A stretch of 64,000 bases of DNA from Hydrolagus affinis (lineage: Eukaryota): contig JAAILG010001155.1 of NCBI GenBank assembly GCA_012026655.1, forward strand, positions 1-64,000, given 5' to 3'. Below are positions 13,401 to 25,400 of this stretch, piece after piece. Numbering within the stretch: the first letter of the stretch is position 1; the number at the start of each line of letters is the position of its first letter. The position numbers and the translations under genes are program-made. The notes beneath the pieces were generated by a model, which saw nothing but the letters and a program-made list of their open reading frames with translations, did no database searches and was not told where the DNA came from.

Positions 13401-16400
13401 GTCAGCCTGGCTCAGCTGGTAGCACTGAGTTATTCACTTTATGTTTGTTTGTGGGACATTGTTGCGCAATTGGGCTGCCGCATTCACCTGCAAATATGCA
13501 CTCCACTTCATAGCATGGGATATAGTCATATGGTAGTTTGGGACATATGTGCATATGCTCGCAGGAAGGTGGAAGGTGAACGAGATGGACCTCTGCCTTT
13601 GTTTTGTATTTCTTATGCTCTTATATATAGTAAATCCTGTGAAACTCTTTGGGGTGTCCTCCTGGTTTGATTATTAATCCTCCATGTGCAAGGATTATTA
13701 TTATTATTATTACGTGGCATCAGTACATTATCCACGTATTGACCCCATTTAAAATAAAGTTAAAAAAGGGATTCCATCTCTGTATGAACAAAAGTAATCC
13801 TTTTATCATTGTTGTAAATACAGGCAGTAAAATGTTACTTTTCTTCAACCATAATTGAAAATAGAATATACTGTAATAGATGAAGTAATAATGCTTTACT
13901 GCTGTATACAACAAAGTGGGTTGGAATCTAACTTTGAACTAGGTCTTTGACCTTTGCTGTAGAGCTTGGATGAACCACATTTGTTAACCTTTCATTGTTG
14001 CTTTTCACACCAGTCATTTATCTTTCCTGCCCAGAGGTTCAGACTTCTTCAATACAAATAGCTAGTTGTAGTTTCCTATTAAGTTCTTAAGTTAATTTTG
14101 CATATAAACCTCTATTAACAATGACTAATTTTAGTGTAATGCTGTTTATAGACTTACTGTCTCTACAGAATAATTTATAGGAAACTTGTAACCATAACAC
14201 TAACTACGTACAGGTAAACTCTGTTCAGTTTAATAAATGAAAATAAACAAATGATACCATCAATAATGCTGAAGTTATTCTTCCGACTGAGAAAACACAT
14301 TGCTAGGATATAGAGCAGGAAAATTACAGAATTACTGACTAAGGAGCCGTAAGTTTAGCATGGGGGGGTGGGGGCGGGGAACACTTCATTACCTTCTGAA
14401 TTTTGCATTTATGGTGGAATGCCTCACAGTGAATGTATTATCAATTATCAGGTGAATTAATTTTTATATGGTGGAGAAATGGAAAGGAAACTAGGTATAT
14501 GAAGCACACAGATCTATTCTTTCTATACTCTAAAGATTCTGTTGCAGCAAGTTCTACGTTCCAACTAGTCTCTATGAAGTGGAGTCCTGTAGTTCATTGG
14601 TTATAGCACTCACCTCGCAAACGAGAGGACCTAGATTTGATTCCTGGGCAGGGCAAAACCTTAGGCAAATTTCCTTACTCCGTACAGCTTGGTTTACCTA
14701 GCAGTAAATAAGAATCCGGGTTGTTAGTCGATTGGCAAACCGACTAACCGATCTATTGGCGGTCACTCAATCCATAATTGTTTGTGGGACACTGCTGTGC
14801 TCAATTGGTTGCTGGGTTTTGTCCACAAAATATACAGTCAGTTCACTTCACAGTATATACTGTGAAGCACTTTGAGAAGATTTGAAGATATAATAAGACG
14901 CTATCAAATGCAAAGCTTATTATATATGAAGAGAGATTTATAAGCATAGGGCTTCATGCCTTATTTAAAGCTGAGATATTCCATCTATAGGGAAAGCCCA
15001 TTATTACATTGCTTTGCTTAAAGCACTAAGGACCCACACAAACTGGAAATGTGTATTTGCAATGAATGACATGACTATGTTGGAGGAAGGCTGTGACTAA
15101 ATAAAATCAGCATATTGTTTTTCTATAGCTTGGAATATGACAAAGAGAGGGATGAAGAAAACCATCTGCATGAGATCAGGTAGAAATTACTGATGTTTAC
15201 AGTTGTATGTCAAATATATTCTACTTGCTAAATCCATGGTTGACGTGTTTGATTTGCCTCTTTATATAATATATCAGCACCAGGCTACTAATATATTCTA
15301 AATCTTAAAATGCAAATAGGCGCTTGAAATAAGTGTACATAAGTGCCACTCTTGTACCATTTTGGCATTTAGGGATTCTAGTGAAGTTTGTCCGATTTAA
15401 TCTTATTCTTTTACTTATTACAACATCAACCACGTCCTTCAAATGTTCACTATGCTGATGACTTGTTCTAGCTGTTGAATACTTCATGTCTGAAATGGTT
15501 TCTGGAGTCTTCTAAACTTACCCTTTACAGCGTTGAAATGCTGTCTTCGTACAGAGTAGTGCAGTGGTTTCACCTTCTACTATTAACGTCTGCATAAAAA
15601 ATCTACTTAATTGTATTACATTCAGGATTTTAAAGATGAATATCAACAATTTAATAAATTTGATATAGTGCCTTTTACTACTTCAGCGTCAATTTATTTT
15701 AAAAGGATTATATTTAGGCAGCTGATCAGATAACTTGCAATTTCTTCTAAAGTCTTTAGTTAGCATGGAATTTTTTTTAAAACTTGATTGACTTCTTCAC
15801 CTCAATTATTATTAGAACTTGATATTTTGAGCTGAAATGTAGACAAGTGCGGCAATTGAAGCCCTCTTGTAGGTCTGACATCTAATATAAATCAGTGAAA
15901 TGTACTTAATTGTTTGGCAAGAGCTCAAAAGAGCTCAAGTCTGAACAAGTTTATTATTCAAGACGGTGTAAAAGAATACGTCGATATTGAAAAGGTTGTG
16001 GAGACAGAGTTACTTAAATGGGATCAGCAGCTATGGCTGAGAAACAGTTTGACATTTTAAGATGACGGATGGTAGGAATATTTTTCCTACTTAAGTAAAT
16101 CTGAGATAACTTTATTTCCTATAGAATATTCTCTATTATCTGCTTTGAGGCTACTTAGATTAGTCAAGGTTTCAGATTGAATTACAGTTTTACTCCTGTT
16201 GATGTTAGTTATTGTGTTCTAATTGTTTACAATCCTCCATCAGAGCCTGGAATTTACTCTCTTTGTGAATACACAGTGCCCTGAGTACATTTGAAACTGC
16301 CAAATATTGTGAATGTACAGGAGTTAGCTCTACACGTGCTTCCTACTGCATAATTAACATGGTCAGCACTGGCTATTGCAGTCACTCAATCAAAAATAGA

Positions 16401-19400
16401 GAAATCTTTTTGAAACAAAGTTATAACATTAGTAAGTGGTATACCGCAGTGCTTGCTGTTTGTGTAATTATTTAGTAATTGAATGTGTCCCGTCTTTTAC
16501 TTCTGAAGGTCTTAAATTTGCTTCATGTTGTGTTGATAGGTTATTAGAGTAGGTTATTCTGGACGAAATGGGCTGAAGGACACCCTTCGTATTTAAGCTG
16601 ATCTTGTGATCTTCCATATTTGAGCCTAACCCACAAGATGCCAATTTTGTCATTTTGGGGGCAAATTATAAAGTATTCAGCTCTGTTTCCAACCATATTA
16701 TGCTCTGTGTCATTCATCTTCTGAGACTACTTTGATTTCACATCAACAGTTGGTGTAAGGTTAGCAACTGCAAATACAATTGCAACTGCAGAGTTTTTGT
16801 GTTGTTTACTGTTTTAAATTTCTTATTTAATTTATTTGCAAGGCTATTGCATTCTATTTGCAAACTGCTGTTAAGTAATCTGCACAGATTTATCATTTTA
16901 GGAATGCTCAGAGCCTTTGCTAAATTAACTGTAATATAGAATTGAGATCTCAATATCTCCAGGTGTGTGCTGGACTTTTAATGATAAATAGGTTATGGGT
17001 TTTCATACAAATTTGGGGTTCAGTATAATTATAGGCTGTTCATTTTTTATTATAATTTATATTTCTTGATTGTTTTCAATAGCTGAATTTTTCTGATATC
17101 CTGTGCAAGTCGGTAGTAGTTGAGTGCCATTTACCCTCATTGTTTGTTTAGTTTAAGTGAGTTGAGAATTCAAACTTTTGTCAGTATTTATATTAAGCAG
17201 AGTTCAGAGTAAATATTTCTAAATTTGTGCATGTGGTTTCTTGAGGTATGATAATAGCCTAATACTGTAATTCTAATACTTCTTTAAACAAATTGCATAA
17301 CTGATTTTATTTCGATTTATTGATATAGTTTGTGAGCTGTTTTGAAGCATGTCGTAAAGGCATTGAATAGGTTCTTTGTGCAAACTCAGTCCCTGTGTGG
17401 TCAGGCTGAGTCTCTGTATCACCCAAGCTAGGTAGTTGCTTGGAAACATAATGGCTATACAGGTAAAGCATTATAGCAGAAATATGGTGCACATAGGAGA
17501 ACCTCACTAATGAAAAAGACGAGAAGAGTTCTGTATAACTGGCACTGCAAAAAAAAAGGTCTGCGGAGTGTACTCTTTGAGAGGCAGAACGGGGTGAGTT
17601 GATTAATTTAGATTTAATTTAGCCACAAAACAGCAAAACACACACCTAACCTGAGCAAAGGCTTGCAGATCAATTCATTGGCTTTTATTTTAATAAAAAA
17701 AAGACTCATCCCTGCAATGCTTGTTTTACACAACACACACACACACACACACACAGGCATCACAAGGCTTTTTAGAAAGAAAGTTAAGTGAACTGAGCGG
17801 CCGCCGCTCACTCTCTGCTTTCTCAATAACACAAGCTTTCCTCTCTTCTGCCCCCAATGAGAACAGTGTCATTCAGACGTGTAACTTTTGCACTAGTTTA
17901 AAGATCTCTCTGAACTGCCTGGTCGCTGTGTGTAAAATGATTAATATTATTTATATATTATTATCATATAAATGATTATTTATTCTAGTATTAATATGTT
18001 ACGTTTTTAAAAATTATTATTTTTAAAAAAAATGTAATTTTGTGTTGGGTTTTCTGCCGAATATCCGGCACTGGCCAGGTCCCGAGGGTGCCGGATAAAC
18101 TGGCTTCTACTGTATCAGGTTGCAAGCTTTACAAACTACCTAGAGATTTTGGCCGGAGGGAACATGTTAATGGACATAATCTTTCTGAAATATGGCTTCC
18201 TATATTCAGACAACACTGCTGTTATTTTGGCAGGAATTTTCCACCAGACACGGAGCCTCATATAGCTCAAGCTATCCTGGAGGCCTCTTCTGACAGCACT
18301 TTGAGGAGGTGGTACCTCTGATTCTTACCCACACATCAGTAAGATACTGAACCATTCTTGCCTTACCTTTTGAAAGCCTGGGTAGATTCAATGGAACATT
18401 TTTAAGGTTCTTGCTCTCAGATGAACACTGCCTCTCTGAGTTCCAGCAGTACAAAGGTAGTATGAGAGGTAGTATCCACATTTATTCCCTGTACTAAAGT
18501 GGATTGGATTGTAGCTCCCTATTCCACAAACGTGCAAAGTTATAATGGAAAATAATCGGACTATTTAACATGCTATGAGATACCTTGAAGGAAGTTAATC
18601 AACTCCTAAGGATAAACAACCTTTTCTCATCTTTGATCTTTTGTTGTTGCCATGTTGCTCTCTGACCCGACCTAACCGTTAGGTCAGGTGATTGACCAGA
18701 TTGTTAATCTTCATTCTCCAGATCTGCATTTTTTACTTTTGCATTGTATGAAGGTTGCAGAGGAAGAGTTCAGTGACTTCTTTCAATGTGTGGAAGCAGA
18801 AGCTGTAATTTGCTGTGTTTTATCCTCAGACGGCAGCTGATTGAACTCCGGGAGCAGTACCAGAGCAAGCAGCTGGAGCACGAGGAGTACAAGCAGAAAT
18901 TGAAGGACCTTGAAGTATTTTACAAAGAGCAAATCCAACAGCAGCAACGTTACGTTGAAGAATTTCGCCTACATATCCAGGCAGCCCAGTCATTGGCACA
19001 ACAAGAGCTGGAGGATGACCAGGAACAGCTTAACCAACAAATTAAAGAAAGTATGTAATTATGGTTTTTGATTATAAACAACAACAAAAACAACAAATTT
19101 AGATTGATATACAGCGCCTTTCATGTCAGGAGGATGGTCCAAGGTGCTGGACAGTTCAGGGTTTACACCAGCGCTTGGTATCAACAATTGATACCTGCAA
19201 ATTAGTTTGTAATGCATGTTTTTGTGTTGTTGCTGGTGTTTTGGATTATACAGGTAGAATGGATGGGGAAAAAGAGATTGGAGCTTTCAAAATTACAGGG
19301 CTTTTTCTATTTGAATGCATTCTGAATTATTTTGAGGCACAAACAAGCTATGAGATACCTGGGATAAACCTAGGTATATGCGCCCAGATTTTGTACTTCA

Positions 19401-22400
19401 ATAATGCTCAGAGAAAAAATGTTTAAAGAAAGAGACTGTACTAACATCAGTGTTCTTTTTGTTTTAGACCAGTTATGCCTAGCTAATGAAGAAAGGCGCT
19501 TGGTTTCTCTAGAACAACAACAACGAGACCTGGGAGTACAAACAGAGTCTCCCACGTTCTTTGAATGCGGGGTACAGGTTCCTATAGAAACTGATGAGAT
19601 CCCTTCCATAGAACAGAATAGGAAGCACTTGATGCAACTCGAACTGCTACAAAAACATTCCTTAAAGAAAGCCGAAAGAAGCATTAGCAAGAAGAAAGTT
19701 AAATTTCAGTTGGAGAGAATAGCGGAAAAACATAAGCTTCTAGAGGCAAAACAGAATCTGAGGGAATTGGAAGCTGCAAGTTTACTGAATGAGCATCAGA
19801 CCAAGCTGGACAAAACCACCACTGTACAAACTGCTTCAAACAGCGGAGCAACTTGCTGGAGGAAATCACGTTCACCAGGCTTCTTTCGGCAAAGAAGGCA
19901 TTCACTGTCAGTACCTTTAGTGAGGAGGCACTCAGATACAAACAACTTGGTCTCTCGCCTTTATCCACAGAATGTTCCAGTTTACAGGTATGTTTTTTAT
20001 TGTGGTATGCTTATTGCTGAACTACTTGAGATACGACTTGTATCTGCAGGGATCAATGGTGTAATCACTATGAAATATTACCCAATTACGGAGTTACATA
20101 GCAATGGCACATGCAAGCCAACGGCAGTTGTTTGCCAGTTACATTATCAAAATACTCTGGAGGTACCTGCCAGAACTGGGTAAATTTGCCTTGTCTTCTT
20201 CTAAACTAATCTTGTGATCTTGTATCATAACTTTGTCACTAAATAACATTGGTGACAACACCTAACATCCTGGGTGGAAAATTGGATTTGTTGCTGCAAC
20301 GGACATACAACGAGGTTTAGAGTAAAGTAAGCTTGGTATCCATACATTTGGTTTTAACCTGTGCAATTTTACAATGATAATATTTAAAAAGCATTCTTTA
20401 GGAAAAGGTTGCACATTATGTATAACATTTTTAGACAATACATCAGTTCATGCTAAACCACCAAGAAGCAACTACAAGTTTTTTTTTGTTGGTTATTTTT
20501 CTTTAAATATAACAATGATGTAACAGTGTAAAAGTGCAACAATCTATTGAATATTTTCCCCTTTTTTGGTTTTTAAAACAGCAATTTTCTAAAGAGAAAG
20601 ACATCTGACTTACCTACCTCTTCGCAAACAAAGAACCCCAGCACACTGCAAGAGTCTTTTGCGGTGGAATCTGTGTCCCAAATGGCATCGCCAGTTTTCA
20701 AGAAGCAGTTGTTAAAAAGGGGAAATGCGATTCTTTTACCAGTAAGGGGACAACTAAAAAAGAAGGAAATAGCCACAGTGAACGAGAGCAACATGGATCC
20801 ACAACAATCAGAGAGAAGCTGTATTTCTACGAGCAAAGAACAAGCAAAATTGAATGTATCAAACATTCCAACAAGCAATCCACGGGCAAAAGCCAAGCAG
20901 TCAAGCATTTACATCTCTGAACACATCAAATGTTCACCAGGCTGTTTTATTTCAGAATCTAATGCAGTTGAATCAAAATCGATAAAAAGTTATTTTGGTT
21001 GGGAAAATAGCACCAATAAACTGCCTGAAACTAGAAACCAGGGTGTCAGACAGGATTTAAAGCGTAAGTACTCAATGTATGCTAGTCGTAACATTCCAAC
21101 TGTGGTGTGTAAAAAGCCACACTTTGGGCATTTCAGTGGAGGCAGAAGAATCTATAAGGGACTACCTTCCTTTCATCTCAGTGAACAGACTGAGAGAAGG
21201 CTTTTTGTTTCCTCGTTGACTGACCTCAACAAGCTTTCGGAGTCTGTGTGTCTTGCTCACAGCTGGAGGAGGTGGCACAGTGCTGAAATATTGAATACTG
21301 GTATCACAGAAGTGGTCACAAATGGTTTTGGAGGTTGGTTGGAAGTTGCACAATGTGATGGTGGTGAGGTATCAGACAATGACAGTGTCTGCTCCTTGGA
21401 TTCTCTCTCATCCTCATATGTAAATGTTTTAACAATGCGGTTAAAGCAGGAAGAGCTGGAGGGACAATTCAGACATAGCGAGGATGATGGTCAGAGTGAT
21501 GACAGTCAGATATCGCAGGACTCATTGACAAAGGGTAAAGCTACTGTTGGAAAGTCGGTGAAAAGCAAGGACAGTGATCTTAACTCTCAGATTATGCCCA
21601 ACTTTAAGATGACCAGGTGCAGACTTGGAATGGTGGGGAAAAGTCTTTCGTTGGACAGTTTAGCTGATGTGGAAGGGGTAGAAATTGACAACTTTTTCAT
21701 AATGGATTCTGGTGGAGTAACACAGTCAGATGAAATGCCTGCTGAAGTCTACTGGAAGTTAAATAGCTCTTGCACTGAAAGTGATAGAAATAAAGACCAG
21801 CACCAAACTACAGTATCTTTTTCTGAGAAGCAAAGTCTTGAAGATCTAAAACAATCACAAGGTGAACTTTTTTATGTGGATAGCAACACAGAACTGAAAC
21901 CCGTGCATTTCAAAGGACAAGTTCCTTCATTGGACAGTGAAGGTAATATACTATCAGAAAATCTGGAATCAAGTCTGAATGCTACAGCAGAAAGTATGAT
22001 AATGACAGATGTTTGGTTTTCCAGTAAATCCAGTAGCAGATGCAGTGGTCCACATTCAGGGATAAATTCACCTAATAATGCTCTTGATTTTGATATGATA
22101 CCTCAGTACGGAAATATGGAGAGTGATCCAGAATCTGATTATATCCAAACTGTGCGTAGTTTTGACCCATTACAGAAGATCCAGCAAGATGATTCATTTG
22201 ATTTACATAAAACAAGTGCGATGATTCCTCCAGAGAAGGAACATCCACAGCATGCGAAAAACACAGAAGCCAAATTAGATGAGAAAATGGATTCAGTGCA
22301 AACAAAGGGATTTTCCTCCAATACGTCTAAAACTGATGGATTGACGATGGAAGATGGAAGATTTACTGAAATATCCAGTGGCCAAAGCATGCCTTGTGGC

Positions 22401-25400
22401 ACCAAGGTACTTGGCAGTTTGGAAGCAGAAGGTATAACTGCATCAGCAACAAAAACAATAACAATGTCCACTTTACCAGGTCTGAGACCACAGTCTTGTT
22501 CACAAATAGAATCTAAGAAGCTTGATCTGTTTGGCCATCACAGCGCTGGTTTGAAACTTACAGCATCTGGTGCAGATGGTAAACTTGCACAAGATGTAAC
22601 TGGAACGGAACCCATTGAGGCTATTGCTGCCAAGGTGGATATTGATTGTGTTATTTCTTCAGGAACTGAGGTAATGAAGAGAACTCAAAGAGAGAGCAAA
22701 GAAAAGGAAATAAATCACATAAGTTTCCAGTTGAGGTTGAGTGAAGTCAATAAGTGCAAAAGGTTTGATGCACATGGCAATACTGTTTCAGGTGTGGAAG
22801 TACACAAAGCAGAGAAGATAATCCATCAATTGGTTCCAGAAGCAGAACAGTTGGTTAGCGATAAACAGTCCCATAAGACAGAATCAGAAATATGCAGTAC
22901 TGACTCTGCGGCGGTTATTCTTGACACTAGTGAATTAATTGGAAGAATACCTTTACAAACAAAAGTGCTGGAGGTACTGAATCAATATAGTAGCACACTT
23001 GTGGAGAAAGCAGCACCAAGCACCCTAAATCGGAAACAGAATGTATCCTCTTCAACTTACAGTAGTGACAGCTTAGCTAAAGAAAGCTATCTGTTAAATA
23101 AATGTTTGACTCTGAATGCAGCACCCTCTTTCATACAGAAGAAGCTCAAACCTGCCTTAAAGTTAAATGCAGCCCCAAATCAGAGCAATGGTGTGTTAAC
23201 TTTGATGAAGGATAGTACTTGTCAGTCACAAAAAACAAATGAAGGAGACAAGCCAGATTTACAGCCAGCCATGATGGATGGCAAGAATGTGGAAGATGCT
23301 GCTATAAAAGACAATCCAAACTTCATGAAGAAACCACCTATACTAATAGAAAAAGTGAAAAACCAAGTAAATCTATCAAATAATGATAGTGGGTACACCT
23401 CTGCAGAACCGCTTTTAGAAGTTGCTAATATCCAAGAAGCTCCTCAGATGCAAATAGAATCTGGAAACAAGTTGGGTGAGTTAAGGAGGCTCAATGATGA
23501 ACATTTCTGCATGAAGAACAGTACTGTGTCTGAAAACATTGACAATTCCTTGTCACAAAGACAAAGTGCAGTCGCTGATGTGGTACATTATGAAGAACCA
23601 ATTACAAAGGACCAAATTGGCAAGAAAGAGCTATGCAAAGTTCCAGATATTCAGAACCATTTATTAATCCATAAAACCATAGTTGTTGGAGACTTACAAG
23701 ATCAGTTGCATAATAAGAACATGTATTCAGAAGAAAAATCTGCAACAGATTCAACTATTTACGAGGAACATATTTCTGAATCTAATAATCAAGAACTTGT
23801 AGTTGGAAGCAACATGAAGGTTAGCAGTGGATTTCAACAGGGTATTGAGTACCTTGCAGAATTAAGGCAGACATTTCCTGCAAAATCAAGTGTCCTGTTA
23901 AGACCATGTTTGAAAGAGACTGAAAAGCTTAACAGTACTATTGAAGATGAATCAAAACATAGTTCCAGCATAGAAACAATCAGTGAGATAGAGAATGCGA
24001 CAAAAACAACTGAACTTATCATTCCAGAGATGGCTATAGATGGCATCAACATAAACACAGAGATCAGTGCTTCTGGAACAGGAGTGGGTAGATCTGTTAG
24101 TGACCTGAAGAAACGCGATGCAGGCATTGATGCAGAAATTATGGAATTTGTTGGAGATCGCCGTAATCAATCGAAAAGATTCAAAAATAGCAATGAACCT
24201 ACCACTTGTACCTCTCAAGACAGTTTTGATGTTGAAAAAGAAGCTTGTGAGGGCATTATTAGTGAAGGAACACTGAAGGAATATAACGAAGTGTGGTACA
24301 ATTCTGTTCAAGCAGATGAATGCTATTTTGATCATAATATCACAACAGATTCGACTATGGAGACAGTAGAAATGGCAGACACAAAAGTTTTTGTGGAGTC
24401 TAACGTATGTGAGCTAAGCAGTAAATGGAACATTGGTACCAAAGAAACTTTCAGTGTTTTTTCTATCGAAACTGACAATGCAGTAAACGTTACGATTGGT
24501 GGATGTACTGAGAGTGATCAGAGAATTGCAACTTCACAATCAGTGGAGAGGAACAATTCAGTATGCCATGGTTTGGATCAGAGCAAGTTGAAGGAAGATA
24601 ATGTAACTTGTTGTGCAAGGGAAAAGGTTCATAACCATTCCGGTGCAATTGACAATTATTTTCAAGCAATGTCATCAGTCGCATGCAGATATAATGCATC
24701 AGAAACAGATGTTGAAACTAGAACAGTTAGCATCAACTTATTGACTGAATCAGATATGCGTTTCCTGTCTACCTTGCAACAAATCAGTGGCATGTGTATG
24801 ACTAAAAATGGAAATAATGCAATTTTGTTTGGCAATGTTGGGGCTTCTGAAAAATTAAACAAAACACTCAGTGCTAAAGCAGGAACAGCTAGAAATGGAA
24901 CTGCAAAACTAGGTACTGCAAAACCGTGTGAGGATATATTTGAATATCACTTGCAGAAAATGCACACTGCAGAATCCATTGGAGAAAACAACAAATACAT
25001 TAGTGGAACCAATAAAGAAATGTCTCAACTGTGTGACTGGGCCTACACTGAAATTGGTGCCACCGGAGATGCATCAATAAGAGCAAATGAGATGATTTCT
25101 GCTTCCCGTGACATTAGTTTCTCAAGCAGTGATGCAGCAAGAGACAACCAAATGATCTCTGAATTCACAGAAAGGAATTTAATGAAACACAAGAATTCTG
25201 GTAAATCCAATCCAGTAAAAATCAGCAACATGGAAAAAATCTCAGACCAAATATCAAAGATTGCTCATGGATATGAAATGGGAAGTGATTTCACAGGAAA
25301 CAAAGTGAAGGGAAAGGATAAAATCCTAAGTTATATAGGTCAGGATGTGTACAGAACCTATCCTGAATCTAGCCAGGATTTTACTGCTGTAGAATTAGTT

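Noticed and set aside
15300-16960. Coding-like degenerate sequence in the long STARD9 intron
   Set aside because: It may be an old TE, but I recognised no motif and no phase-compatible exon. It would need BLASTX.
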